A stretch of DNA of 64,000 nt from Octopus vulgaris (taxonomy: Eukaryota), in the NCBI GenBank assembly GCA_951406725.2, contig OX597834.1, positions 3,348,001 through 3,412,000 of the forward strand, given 5' to 3'. The translations under genes were made by a program, and so were the position numbers. The stretch's first letter is position 1. Every line of letters begins with the position of its first letter. The notes under the pieces were generated by a model. The model saw only the letters and a program-made list of their open reading frames with translations. It was not told where the DNA came from and made no database searches. Of the stretch, positions 50,481 to 64,000 are shown one piece after another.

Positions 50481-51122
50481 TTATTCAATGAATTTCGATG
50501 GTTTTGATAAACACAATGCAGTAAATGTGTCACAGAGATATGGCTTCTCTCCTGTGTGAGAACGTTTATGACGAGTTAATTCACTATTTTGAGGAAATGA
50601 TTTACTGCAGATTTCACACTGAAATGGTTTCTCTCCTGTATGAGTACGTTTGTGAGCAGTTAAGTGACTGTTCTGAGCAAAGAATTTTCCACAGACATCA
50701 CAGCGATGTGGTTTATCTCCAGTATGAATACGTTTGTGAGTAGTCAAGTGTAGCTTCAAAGAAAACGATTTAGCACACACATCGCACTCGAATGGTTTCT
50801 CTCCTGTGTGAATACGTTTATGTTTAGTTATGAAACTAGGTGAAGGGAATGATTTCTTACAGATAGGACAGTGATGCAATTTCTCTCTATGAGCACGTTG
50901 GTGTAGATTTAAGATTTTTGTTGCAGGAAACGATTTACCACAGATGTCACAATGATATGGCCTCTCCTTTGTATGAATATGTTTGTGTCTAGATAAGCTA
51001 GAACAATCAGAGAATAATCTTCCACAGATATCACAGTGATATGGCTTTTCTCCTGAATGAATATGTTTGTGCCTACAGAAATTTCCATATTTGTAAAATG
51101 CTTTACCACAGATCTAACACTG
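50481..51122 (-). pseudogene. In-frame continuation of gene 5 (fingers 13-19 and a truncated 20th) beyond two TAG codons
   Basis: Same frame as 51123-52232, with stops only at 51123-51125 and 51114-51116. The last finger is fused to 3' UTR by a ~265-bp deletion. Confidence 0.85.
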
Positions 51123-52232
51123 CTATGGTTTCTCTCCTGTATGAATGTGTTTGTGAGTAGTTAAGTTAGACTTTTGAGAGAATGATTTATCACAGATATC
51201 ACACTGATATGGTTTCTCTCCCGTATGAATACGTTTGTGAGAACTTAATGTATGTTTAAGAGAGAATGATTTATTACAGATATCACACTGATATGGCTTG
51301 TCTCCTGTATGGACGTGTTTGTGAATATTTAAGTTAGACTTTTGAGAGAATGATTTATTACAGATCTCACACTGATATGGTTTCTCCCCTGTATGGATAT
51401 GCATGTGAGCAGTTAAGTTACCTATTTGTAAAAATGATTTGTCACAGATATCACACTGATATGGTTTTTCTCCTGTATGAATGCGTCTGTGGGAACTTAA
51501 CGTATGTTTAAGAGAGAATGACTTATCACAGATATCACACTGATATGGTTTCTCTCCTGTATGAACATGCTGGTGAGTAGTTAAGTTAGACTTCTGAGAA
51601 AATGATTTATTACAGATCTCACACTGATATGGTTTCTCCCCTGTATGGATATGCATGTGAGTAGTCAAGTTACCTATTTGTAAAAATGATTTATCACAGA
51701 TATCACACTGATATGATTTCTCTCCGGTATGAATGCGTTTGTGGGAACTTAATGTATGTTTAAGAGAGAATGACTTATCACAGATATCACACTGATATGG
51801 TTTCTCTCCTGTATGAACGTGCTTGTGAATAGTTAAGTTAGACTTCTGAGAGAATGTTTTATTACAGATATCACACTGATATGGTTTCTCCCCTGTATGG
51901 ATATGCATGTGAGCAGTTAAGTTACCTATTTGAAAAAATGATTTATCACAGATATCACACTGAAAAGGTTTTTCTCCTGTATGAACGCGCATGTGAGAAG
52001 TTAGGAGAGAATTTTTAGAGAATGATTTATTACAGATATCACACTGATATTTTTTCTCTCCTGTATGAACGTGTTTGTGAGTAGTTAATGTACGTTTATA
52101 AGAGAATGATTTATTACAGATATCACACTCATATAATGTCTTTTCTTTCTCTTCCTTTATGTCCTCAGGGAAATCAATAATTTGACAATCTACTTCACAT
52201 TTAATCTTTTTCACACACAATTTGTCTTCCAT
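51123..52232 (-). CDS. C2H2 zinc-finger protein, gene 5 (12 fingers, internal triplicated 3-finger block)
   Basis: [12 protein letters not shown] at 52232, acceptor at 52591, donor GTAAGT at 54045. Confidence 0.9.
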   Translation of the reverse strand: MEDKLCVKKIKCEVDCQIIDFPEDIKEEKEKTLYECDICNKSFSYKRTLTTHKHVHTGEKKYQCDICNKSFSKNSLLTSHMRVHTGEKPFQCDICDKSFFQIGNLTAHMHIHTGEKPYQCDICNKTFSQKSNLTIHKHVHTGEKPYQCDICDKSFSLKHTLSSHKRIHTGEKSYQCDICDKSFLQIGNLTTHMHIHTGEKPYQCEICNKSFSQKSNLTTHQHVHTGEKPYQCDICDKSFSLKHTLSSHRRIHTGEKPYQCDICDKSFLQIGNLTAHMHIHTGEKPYQCEICNKSFSQKSNLNIHKHVHTGDKPYQCDICNKSFSLKHTLSSHKRIHTGEKPYQCDICDKSFSQKSNLTTHKHIHTGEKP

Positions 52233-52671
52233 TTTTGTTTCTCTCTCACCACAGTAAATATAGAAGTTCTTCTTCACTTTATTTTTATATTTTATTTTGG
52301 TTTCTTTGGCTATATTTCTATGATTTTTGTCAATATTTGAAGATGCTGCAAATTCCTTTGTAATTCAGCTTTTATTTCAATACCAAATCATTATAATACA
52401 AATTCCAGTCTGTGAGTTTGAGAGCAATTAGTATACAAATTCTGTTCAGAGCCAATATTTCACAGTAATTCTACCATGGATTTATATGATGAGGGTTCAT
52501 ATCTGTTGTGTTTGACATCTTCCATCTCTCTTGAAAAGATGATAAATATTGATGGATCTCAGATAAATATTTCTTTTATGGCAATATCATCTGAAAGAAA
52601 AGAGAACAAAATGTTAAAGATCTACACCTGCCGAATTTGTCGCCTCAGAACTTCCACACAAATGGATACAC

Positions 52672-53980
<1,309 letters not shown>

Positions 53981-54044
53981 AAATGAATCCATTTCTCTGT
54001 AAGTTCTGAGGCAATATTACTCACATATTACGCAATAATACTTA

Positions 54045-54470
54045 CACATTAATTGTCGTAAATCAATTGAAAAGAAGGCTTTTTCTTCTTCTTCTTCGAT
54101 TCAAACTTGATTCTTTCCGCCGTTTTAATTGATAATCGGGCATGGCCAACATTAAGGCGAAGCTGGTTTCGATATTGCGCCGCAATGTCGTACTTAATAC
54201 GAAATACGATTTCCTTACTGTCCTTTGCAGAAAAGAATTAATAGGAATATGTTATAGAGAATAAAAATGTCTCTAAAAAGTTTCATCAATTCTTCCCGAT
54301 CAGAAAACAGAATTTCTATAAAGTGAGGGCGAAAGCAATAGGCCGGATGTTGCTGTTGAGAATTTCCTCCAAACCGGAAGTCCCTTCACTACCGAACAGC
54401 TCCCTAATTAGCAGGTGTCTGCTGTTTGTTCCTGGTCAGTAATTTGCCAGGACTCTACACATAGCTCCCC
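54045..54470 (-). promoter_or_regulatory. Putative promoter / exon 1 of gene 5
   Basis: CpG-richer segment with ETS-type CCGGAAGT (54374) and CCGGATGT. Ends at a GTAAGT donor and is duplicated at 62722-63168. Confidence 0.6.
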
Positions 54471-54709
54471 CAGGATCTTTTCACTTTGACCTGCAGATTT
54501 TAAAAATAATTTCTTTGTAACTAAACGCTTTTAAATTTTGTATACTGGTGTTACATAAAACATCATTTTCTCTTGGATTTCCTGACAAAAATTCTGTAGT
54601 TTGTATGCTATTTCTTGTAAAATTTCTTGCATTTCAACCAATTAATGACGTCTATTTAGGTGAATACAATTTCTGGGGTTGTTTGTCAACAACAATTTCT
54701 TGTTATTGA

Positions 54710-55200
54710 CGCTATGTAGTTGTCAGTGTAGGCAGGGGTTTGAGAGAGTTCGTCGGAGGCTGGCATGTCTTTCAAAGTCATGCGTTGAATATTTGTGGTG
54801 TATGCAGAAACGGCTGATAACTGACACAGCTGACATGCAAACAAAGGCTCTGAGCATTTACCCATGGTGAAGGTGAGTGATTTGTGGTCTGCAAGCACTG
54901 AAAGTGTGACCTTCGAGAAAGTGGGAGACATCTCAATGAACAGCCAGAAGTTCCATGACAAAAGACACTCTATTCCTGTCCAGGTGGTCGTTGTTGTCGA
55001 CTGAAGAAAGGCAAGAAATTGCCACTGAGCATTGATGTGTTGTTCCAAAACGCCCGCAGAAGCTGTATCGGTTGTGTGGACTGCGAGTGCAGTCCATGAG
55101 GACATATGAAGATGGGACAGCAGGGTCACCTTCGCAAGGGCTCGTTTTATGGATTAGTCTGGATGTTCTTATGTCACACATAAGGTTGGTCGCGTACTAA
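54710..55200 (-). mobile_element. Ty3/Gypsy RT-RNase H remnant
   Basis: TALAVHTTDTASAGVLEQ...WQFLAF, ELLAVH, ADHKSLTF and QLSAVSAYTTNIQ. Confidence 0.8.
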
Positions 55201-56737
55201 GTCTCTTTGGATCTGGTTCTGCTGTAGTGGTGGTCACAGACTGGAGGGGAGAAACGAAGTATTTCTTGATAACCGTTTCCATAAAAATGTCTAATTTGCC
55301 ACTTGTATGTTGCTCTGTTGTTTCTTCTAGACATCATAAATAACAATGTGTCACGTATGGGAATCTTTGTACTACAATATGCTATCAGATTGAAACAGTA
55401 TCAATGCTTGGGAAATCGATTTTCTTTAGACTGCCTCTCACCTGGCTACTATCAACCTATTGGTTACATCACATCTTTACTACATAACCACCATCGTTAG
55501 CATTTAATGTATAAAGTTAGCATATCGTTCATCTCTCATTCACTTCATCATAACCTATAATATCTAATATTTACTATCAAATAATGTCAACAAATTATAT
55601 AAATACAAAGTAAACAGCTTTGAAGATCAGTTTGGAAAATGTGTAACTTTTATCAGACATTGATCAAGTCTGTGAATTCTACAGATTATGGTTGTGCCAG
55701 GACAAGTTTTGGTTAAATGTTCTACATTTCAAATAACAGGAGAATAATTAAAGAGCAAAACCACATTTATTTCAATTTCAGGTAATTAAGAATATTTACA
55801 AAGAATGATGAGGTTGGAACTCAAGATCCTGGGCCTCACAAGTGAGAAAATGTGCTGATATCTTGTGTAACAGACATATCAAACCCATACCAGCTTGTAC
55901 AATGGACATTAAAACACTGATGACTATGATGATGATTCACAAATTACGTCATTCATTTGGCATTTATATCAAGTTTAAGGTTACATTCATACTTGCAAAT
56001 TAAGATTCAGTTTAACCGTCAAGTCATGGAGGAATCATACTAGAAATAAAAGAAATGATAGAACTGTAGAAATCAAAACCAACATCAGAATTGGTCCCTT
56101 GGTGGGATACATCCATAATAACATTTAAACCAGGATATACGTAACATACACGAAACAATGTATAGAAGAATCCAGAATACGTAACATATGGAGGGAAACG
56201 TCCAGAAGCTAAAGCTATCAGATTGTGAACCACACACGTGGTATGACAAACGACAGTAAATGGTTGGTAACATACAGAGCTAGAGAAGATACATGCATGG
56301 ATGCTAGGAGGGCAAAATGGATGTTAATCTGTTGCCAGACATGGAGACTAGGCTGTATATCTGTATTCTGGACCTTTGTTAAGTGTCCATTTACTGTCCC
56401 AGGTCACTGTGTGAAGGGATTGGTGTTAGAATGAATTGCCAGCCATGATTACAATGTCTAAATGGTATAAATGAGCAAGAAAGATCCTCAAAACTTCTTC
56501 AGACACAGTACAATCGAAAATAGAAAGAGTTGGAGTCTCAAAGAGTGCAGAATCCAAGGCAGCTTGGAAACCAGATGTCAAATGATGATGATGGGGATGA
56601 TGACACCAGTCTATGATTTCCTTCATTTTAAGTGATGTTATAACAAGATTGAAGAGAATACGTGTCTCAGGTATTTACTCATAATGTCAAATAAATAAAG
56701 TGTATACTTTCTCCCCCCCAGAAATATATCAGATGGA

Positions 56738-56761
<24 letters not shown>

Positions 56762-56772
<11 letters not shown>

Positions 56773-58625
56773 CAAATTGAGATAGGGGTTGTGAGTGCAA
56801 CCCACCATGGGATAACAATATCCAATATACTGCTAGTGAAGTACCCAACAAAGTTAATACATAAATGTTAAGAATTGCGATGCAGTTAATTCATTTATTG
56901 TATTATATGGGCAAAGGTAAAATGTTTTACCTCAAATTCATAATACAAAATAAGAAAATAGAGGAATACACTCTAATCAATAATCAACCACCAGATAATA
57001 CCCATTCACATAATTTATTAACCAACTACATATGAACATCAAGGTCAAACACAATAATACAGAACAAAACAGTGCACATCAATGAGTAATATGATACAAT
57101 AAGTACAATACGTATAAGTAAATATAAATATAAATTATATCTTACAGCTGTTTCAGCCATGTAGATATGAGCACCTGATTATGCTCATATTAGCCAGGTG
57201 TGATAAGTTAATATGTGGTTATAAATGAGACACTTACAAATATATCCCAAGACCTCTTCAGAGATTATAAAGTACAATCCAAATATGAATATAAGAGAAG
57301 GTACACCTATACAAGAATGAGTACATATACATAATATATAACATACACATACATATAAGTGTATATACACATACACACACATATATATATAAGTATATAC
57401 ATAATAATATATAATAATATACATACATATAAGGTTACAGTTAGTCAAATCATTATACTAGAATATACATACATACACATATCCACATAAAAATGTATAT
57501 ATACAAAGTCAAGAGTTCATAGTATTAAGTTACAAAATGCCATTAATATTATTATTATTATTAATAATAATAATAATACCAGTAAAACAATATGTGCATC
57601 ACGCCATTCACAATACATATTAGATGGAAAATATCCCATAGAATACATCAACAGCATAATATAGTGATATAATAACAACATAATAATAATAATAATACAA
57701 TACAATACATTATAGTTCAACAAACACATATAAAATGAAAAATATTGATTTACATCATAGAAAAATCCAGAATTGTACATGCGTATAAACACATAGATAT
57801 TTATTAGCAGGTTTGCAAATAATTTAAGATTGATAGCTCAATACGATTGGCTGGCATATTTGAATTTCAATTGTCTTAGTTACGGTTGGTTTATTAAGAT
57901 ACACTTACATACGTACACATGTATACGTGCGCTTACACATAGATAAACCAAAGTACAGAAAATACAAGCTTACATACACACAGACATGCTTACACACATA
58001 ACTACATACGTATATATCCATATATATAAACAAATACATATACCCAAAAACAACCACGCACACATATATATGTATATATATATACATACACATACATACT
58101 GTTAACTAAAATAATATTAAGAATCATTAAAATTAAGATAATACTAATTGTTAATACAACGAAAGGGGTTGGAAGGGTAATTCGTAATATACAAAAAAGA
58201 GGGGCCTAAAAGGGTTAATAAAAGGCAAAGGTTGGAAAATATTCAGATAAAACTTATAAGAGGGATATAAACTCAACACACAGATTTACCATAACCAGTG
58301 TAAAGAAGAAGTACGTTATTTGCATAAGATAGATAATTAAAAATTACACCAATTATACCGTAAACAACCAGAACACTGCGAAACTGTCCAGATAACAACA
58401 CCTACAAGTATGAGCTTGCTCAAACTACAATTCTGTACAAACCCCAACCCATCATACCACACTGTTTTGTTCTGTATTATTGTGCTTGACCTTGATGTTC
58501 ATATGTGGTTGGTTAATAAATTATGTGAATGGGTATTATCTGGTAGTTGATGATTGATTAAAGTGTATTCCTCCATTTTCTTATTTTGTAAATATATATA
58601 TAAATATAAATATATATGTATTTAT
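56762..58625. mobile_element. Penelope-like insertion in a (TA)n tract with inverted segments
   Basis: Absent from the paralogous (TA)n at 50320-50340. 56944-57074 is inverted at 58459-58590. Contains a hammerhead motif. Confidence 0.7.
57135..57270 (-). ncRNA. Type-I hammerhead ribozyme with a long loop 2
   Basis: TTATAATCT-CTGAAGA-GGTC...(~90 nt)...GGCT-GAAA-CAGCTG-TA-AGATATAA, with a GUA triplet. Confidence 0.6.
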
Positions 58626-59030
58626 AAATATATATATATATATCTGGAGAAAGAAAGCTTTATTAAACGTATCACAGAGCAAAGTTACCTCACACTAAAG
58701 ATATATTTATGTAACTATACAAAATATAATGTGATATCTTCTTGGAAAGGAGAATATATTTATGGTTGTATCATGCGTAATTTTTTATTCAGTGAATTTC
58801 GATGGTTTTGATAAACACAATGCAGTAAATGTGTTGTTTCCAAGTTTTGATGAGTAAATTTGTCTTTTCTTGTTTGTTTCTACAGTAAGTTTTCTGAATA
58901 TTAGGAAGTCTTCAGAAGATTATTCACTGAAGAAACTGAAAAAGTGGGAAAAATTCATTTGATCATCATGAGAAAATATTCTACACCCTGCACAGCAATT
59001 ATCACAAACTCCATTCTGATAATGAGCTTG

Positions 59031-59966
59031 TTACTGTATTGTATGAATACCTAAGTGTTTCCATAAAGAGCTGTTTTGAGAGAATGTTTTACCACAGATA
59101 TTACAATGATACGGCTTCTCTCCTGTATGAGAACGGTTATGAATAGTTAATTCACTACTTTGAGCAAATGATTTACTGCAGATAACACACTGAAATGGTT
59201 TCTCTCCTGTATGAATGCGTTTATGAGTAGTTAAGTTAGACTTCTGAGAGAATGATTTATTACAGATATCACACTGATATGGTTTCACTCCGGTGTGAAT
59301 GAGCTTGTGAGCAGTTAAGTTATATATTTGACAAAATGACTTATTACAGATATCACACTGATATGGTTTCTCTCCTGAATGAAAGCGTTTGTGAGTAGTT
59401 AACCGACGCTTTTCGGAGAATGATTTACTACAGATATCACATTGATAAGGTTTCTCTCCTGTATGAGTCCGTATATGCCGAGTTAATTCACTACTTTGAG
59501 CAAATGATTTACTGCAGATATCACACTGAAATGGTTTCTCTCCTGTATGAGTACGTTTGTGAGCAGTTAAGTGGCTGTTTTGAGCAAAGTCTTTTCCACA
59601 GACATCACAGCGATGTGGTTTATCTCCAGTATGAATACGTTTGTGAGTAGTCAAGTGTGGCTTCAAAGAAAATGATTTACCACACACATCGCACTCATAT
59701 GGTTTCTCTCCTGTGTGAATACGTTTATGTTGAGTTATGAAACTAGGTGAAGGGAATGACTTATTACAAATAGGACAGTGATATTTTTTCTCTCCTGTAT
59801 GAACGTGTTTGTGAGTATTTAATGTATGTTTATAAGAGAATGTCTTCTTACAGATATCACACTGATAGTATGTCTTTTCTTTCTCTTCCTTTATATCCTC
59901 AGGGAAATCAATAATTTGAGACTCTGCTTCACATTTAATCTTTCTCTCACACAATTCGTCTTCCAT
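59031..59966 (-). CDS. C2H2 zinc-finger protein, gene 6 (10 fingers)
   Basis: ATG MEDELCERK at 59966, intact ORF, acceptor at 60332, donor GTAAGT at 62722. Confidence 0.95.
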   Translation of the reverse strand: MEDELCERKIKCEAESQIIDFPEDIKEEKEKTYYQCDICKKTFSYKHTLNTHKHVHTGEKKYHCPICNKSFPSPSFITQHKRIHTGEKPYECDVCGKSFSLKPHLTTHKRIHTGDKPHRCDVCGKDFAQNSHLTAHKRTHTGEKPFQCDICSKSFAQSSELTRHIRTHTGEKPYQCDICSKSFSEKRRLTTHKRFHSGEKPYQCDICNKSFCQIYNLTAHKLIHTGVKPYQCDICNKSFSQKSNLTTHKRIHTGEKPFQCVICSKSFAQSSELTIHNRSHTGEKPYHCNICGKTFSQNSSLWKHLGIHTIQ

Positions 59967-60463
59967 TCTTGTTTCTCTCTCACCACAGTAAATATAAAAG
60001 TTCTTCTTCACTTTATTTTTATATTTTATTTTGGTTTCTTTGGCTATATTTCTATCAACTGTGATTTTTGTCAATATTTGAAGATGCTGCAAATTCCTTT
60101 GTAATTCATCTCTTATTTCAATACCAAATCATTATAATACAAATTCCAGTCTGTGAGTTTGAGAGCAATTAGTATACAAATTCTGTTCAGAGCCAATATT
60201 TCACAGTAATTCTACCATGGATTTATATGATGAGGGTTCATATCTGTTGTGTTTGACATCCTCTGTCTCTCTTGAAAAGATGATAAATATTGATGGATCT
60301 CAGGTAAATATTTCTTTTATGGCAATATCATCTGAAATAAAAGAGAACAAAATGTTAAAGATCTACACCTGCCGAATTTGTCACCTCAGAACTTCCACAC
60401 AAATGGATACACTCCGGAATTTTCAACAAAGCTCGCTTAGAAGCTGTAGATTCAGAGTATTAA

Positions 60464-61530
60464 CCCTTTCGATACCAAACCGCCCCAAAAAAATTTTGGT
60501 TAATGTGACCAAACCGCCCGAATTTACCTATTTATATTTAAACGAGAATATCAGAGTAAATCTCTTTAGTACATTCGTGAAAACACGTATTTTACTTCGT
60601 AAACAGTTCAACTACAGTTTTGTACAAAAATCGAAGTGTAATTTTAATTCCGTGAATTTTGGGAGATTTTTTTCCGAAATTTGTTCCTATTGTGTTTTCA
60701 AAATTTGTAATTCTGACAAAAAATGGATACGAATTTCATTATATCAAGCAGCGAGCCAGAATTCGAAGGATTTTCTACTGAAGACCTTCATAAATCTAAC
60801 TCTATGACTGAAAAAAAAAAGCACGTGGTATTTGATAATGAATCTGATGTTTCATTTTCCGAAAGTGAAAACAGTGAATCCGAGAGCTCCGACAGCGATA
60901 AAGAAAATGAATTGGCACCCGAATGGAGTGAAAATTTAAAAACTGTTTCTTTCGGTGATTTTTCTGAAGAAACTGGACCAAGCCACAGACTTTCCCAGAA
61001 GAGTAAAGCCTTAGACTATTTCTTTTTACTTTTTCGAATGAGCCTATTTGAAATCATTACGGCGGGAACGAACCATTACGCTAAATGTAAACAAAACGAA
61101 AGAAAGGATAGTTAGTGGTTTCCCACAACCTTAAATGAAATTAAGGCTTATTTTGCCATAAATATTATTATGGGCATCAGAAAGTTACCCAGAATAACAA
61201 ATTCTATAGTAAAATTTTGTTGCATACCCAATTGAATATTAGCTAATAACCCATTCTCTATAGTGATGTTTGAACAAAATTTTAATAATTTTATATTTTG
61301 TTGAATTTACCTGTATCTACCTGCAATTAGAGTCACTTTGTGACAAAAATTATAGTATAGAATTGGTTGAGAACATTTCATTAAATTATCTTCCAAAATT
61401 CACGTTAATATATTAATAAATAAAAAAGTTATAGTTGTTTAATGAAACCAGATTAAATTTATGATTATGTTAGAAATTAATTGAAACACATAAGGGGTGT
61501 ATTTTGGTCAGAAATATAGTAACGAAAGGG
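60464..61530 (+). mobile_element. Internally deleted piggyBac element
   Basis: TTAA TSD, TIRs CCCTTTCGATAC / GTAACGAAAGGG, and an empty site near 52722. ORF 60723-61115 plus its continuation gives LDYFFLLF...TNHYA...WFPTTLNEIKAYFAINIIMGIRKLP (transposase N-terminus). Confidence 0.92.
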
Positions 61531-62394
61531 TTAAAGGATTTGTTTCAAAGAAGATTTTCTAAGGAGTTGTGGAAAGGAGTTTCGGAAAATTCACACAATC
61601 CAACATTTTCCCCATCATAATTTTCAGGAAAACGGGAATCATTTACTTAAAGTTTATACAAATATCTTTCACAAGGCATAGATCTTTTTTCTTACACATA
61701 CACACATGGCCTCGCCATTTTTATTTCTATTGTTGCGTATATAGCACCAATGAACCACACGTGTGTTACTTCGACATCATCATTCCATAAAATGAGTTTA
61801 ATGGGAGAAAAATACTGAATCAATATCAAAGCGTGTGAGAGTGAAGACGGAGAAATTACAATTGATGTTGTCTTCCTTATCAGAAACACCGGTTTTTCCA
61901 AACTCCTCTCCTCACCCCTTCGGAAATCATTTTCCCCACAAATTTCTTTATAATCATAATCTATGCCGTTTGATAGCTATTTCTATGAACATTCAGTAAA
62001 AGACACCCATTTGCCTGAAAGCGATTTAGAGAGAAAAAGTCGGGTCGCGTGAATTTTCACAAACTCCCTTCCTCTCTCTCTTGGAAAATTCTTTGCAACA
62101 AATCCTTATATATTCTGAAGTAACAGCATCTAAGCGGGATTTGTTGAAAGTTTCGTGAAAAATGAATCCATTTCTCTGTAAGTAATGAGGCAACAAAATA
62201 GCCGAGTGGATACACATCTGTAGTTATGCCGAGGAATCTGCAACTCTCTCACAGATATTACAGTATTTGTTGTTTGCAAAAAACAAAACACTAGACATTC
62301 TTTCGAATGCCAAACACGAATTGAAATACAGTGGAATGGAAGAGCTCGGCATTTCCAACGGAAGTTCGGGGAATGTTTTATTAGCAATCTTTGC

Positions 62395-63168
62395 ATTAAG
62401 ATATGAGGGGGGGGGGGATAACGATAATTGAAAAGGAGTGTGGAAAGGAAAACAGTGAAAGTATTAAGAGAACAATTAATGAATGTCAGTTAAAGCAAGT
62501 TTTTCAACTCACTTCGGTTGGCGATGTGACGACAGCCGACCGGATTAGGATTAAGACCGGATTAGGATTAAGACCGGATTAGGATTAAGACAACATCGTT
62601 ACTCGAGTAAATTCTCTTCTCTTTCTTTCCTTAATCTTTGAACAGATCAAAGCAAAGAGACATGCTAGGACAAATGACACGACCTATACAATGTAGATGC
62701 TGTCTCTATTAATAATACTTACACATTGATTGTCGTAAATCAATTGAAAAGAAGGATTTTTCTTCTTCTTCTTCGATTCAAACTTGATTCTTTCCGCCGT
62801 TTTAACCGGTGATCGTGCATGGCCAACACTAAGGCGAAGCTGGTCTCGATATTGCGCCGCAATGTCGTACTTAATACAAAATACGATTTCCTTACTGTCC
62901 TTTGCAGAAAAGAATTAATAGGAATATGTTATAGAGAATAAAAATGTCTCTAAAAAAGTTTCACAGATTTCAAGTTTCATAATTTCTTCCCAGTCAGAAA
63001 ACAGAATTTATATAAAGGGAGGGCGAAAGCAATTGGCCGGATGTTGCTGTTGAGAAATTACTGCAAACCGGAAGTCCCTTCACAACAGAACAGCTCCCTA
63101 ATTAGCACGCAGAGAAGCACGTTTGTTCGTTGTCAGTAATTTGCCAGGACTCTACACATAGCTCCCCC
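62395..63168 (-). promoter_or_regulatory. Promoter / exon 1 and conserved intron block of gene 6
   Basis: CCGGAAGT at 63068, donor at 62722, and a block homologous to 5434-5731. Confidence 0.65.
62538..62591. repeat. 17-bp tandem repeat x3 (GACCGGATTAGGATTAA)
   Basis: Direct reading of the sequence. Confidence 0.95.
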
Positions 63169-63191
63169 ACACACACCCCAGGACTCTTGAC

Positions 63192-63690
63192 GGGTCTTTG
63201 CCTTTCGATCGGCTGGTCGATAAATTATTTTTTTGTAACTAAACACTTTCAAACTTCGGCCACTGGTAGACTGTGTCATATAGAACATCTTTTACTCTTA
63301 GCTTTGTTGAGAAAAGATCCTATTTAGGAAGTTATTTCGTGTTAAAGTTGTCGTATTTCGGTAATTTCAACCAATCAATGACGTGTATTCAGCTGAATTG
63401 CTGTTGTTTGTCAACAACACCTATCGGCGGAGTATATTTCCTTTGTCTCTGTTATTTATGAAATCGTTCGTGCGTCTGTACTGATTTTAGATTTAGGGTT
63501 ACGGCAAAAGTGAAAAACGAAGAAATTAGGGTTAGAGTTAGGGGTAAAGTGGGGCAAAAGTTTCGAGTTTCCGAATTTTGGGAATTTTCGGAAATCTCCG
63601 TATCCGAAAAGCTTGGTTTTTTGGCAAAAATATATATATATATGTATAAAAAAAAACAATCATTTGTCTTTCCGAAAAACAGGGAAAAAA
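63192..63690. mobile_element. Degenerate non-autonomous DNA element related to 5903-6720
   Basis: Shares GTAACTAAACAC...TTGAGAAAA...AACCAATCAATGACG and TTAGGGTTAG segments. Confidence 0.55.
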
Positions 63691-63694
63691 ACAG

Positions 63695-64000
63695 TACTGG
63701 ATGAGGACGTAGTATCAAGGGTGCTAGACATCTTAACCCAACTGCCGGCTATGCACAAATACGCCACGTTAAGAGATAGCCTCGTAGACACGTTCCGGCC
63801 GAACGACAGGGAAGCGGTGGCCAAGATACTTGAAGAATTAGGCCATTTCAAGCCTTCGGAGCTGATGGACAAGTTGCAGGTATTAGTCGACCCCAGCCTC
63901 CAGCTCATCATCCTGCTGAGTCACCTTTCATTTTGTTTACGGAGATATTCCTCCGCAAATTACCACTCCAGGGCTAGGCCATCATAACTCAGACCAAGAT
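63695..64000 (+). mobile_element. Ty3/Gypsy gag remnant
   Basis: LDEDVVSRVLDIL...KYATLRDSLVDTF...LGHFKPSELMDKL, typical of a Gypsy gag N-terminal region. Confidence 0.75.

Noticed and set aside
60217-60807. 196-aa ORF
   Set aside because: It spans antisense UTR, intron and a piggyBac junction, and is broken in the paralog.

Overview
Eukaryotic, AT-rich, repeat-dense DNA, most consistent with an octopus (coleoid cephalopod) genome, judged from the SINE/LINE families and gene type. The window holds a cluster of six KRAB-less tandem C2H2 zinc-finger genes (+,-,+,-,-,-). Each has a single coding exon preceded by a shared splice acceptor. Five of the six also show a recognisable non-coding first-exon donor. 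Genes 5 and 6 lie in a recent tandem segmental duplication, and genes 1 and 4 are inverted paralogs. The intergenic DNA is mostly transposons: Tc1/mariner, piggyBac, Helitron, Merlin-like MITEs, RTE and CR1 LINEs, Penelope-like elements, Gypsy remnants, tRNA-SINEs and SINE/LINE-derived minisatellites. The most unusual signals are (i) a 438-bp TIR element with an 8-bp target duplication and a paralogous empty site that carries a captured zinc-finger coding fragment; (ii) three Penelope-type hammerhead ribozyme motifs, one with a G3-C8 swapped core; (iii) finger-module shuffling alongside near-identical 3' UTRs; (iv) a conserved N-terminal double SUMO-consensus peptide in place of KRAB; and (v) an in-frame finger tail separated from gene 5 by only two UAG codons. 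All alignments were done by eye, and repeat boundaries are approximate unless a TSD or TIR is cited.
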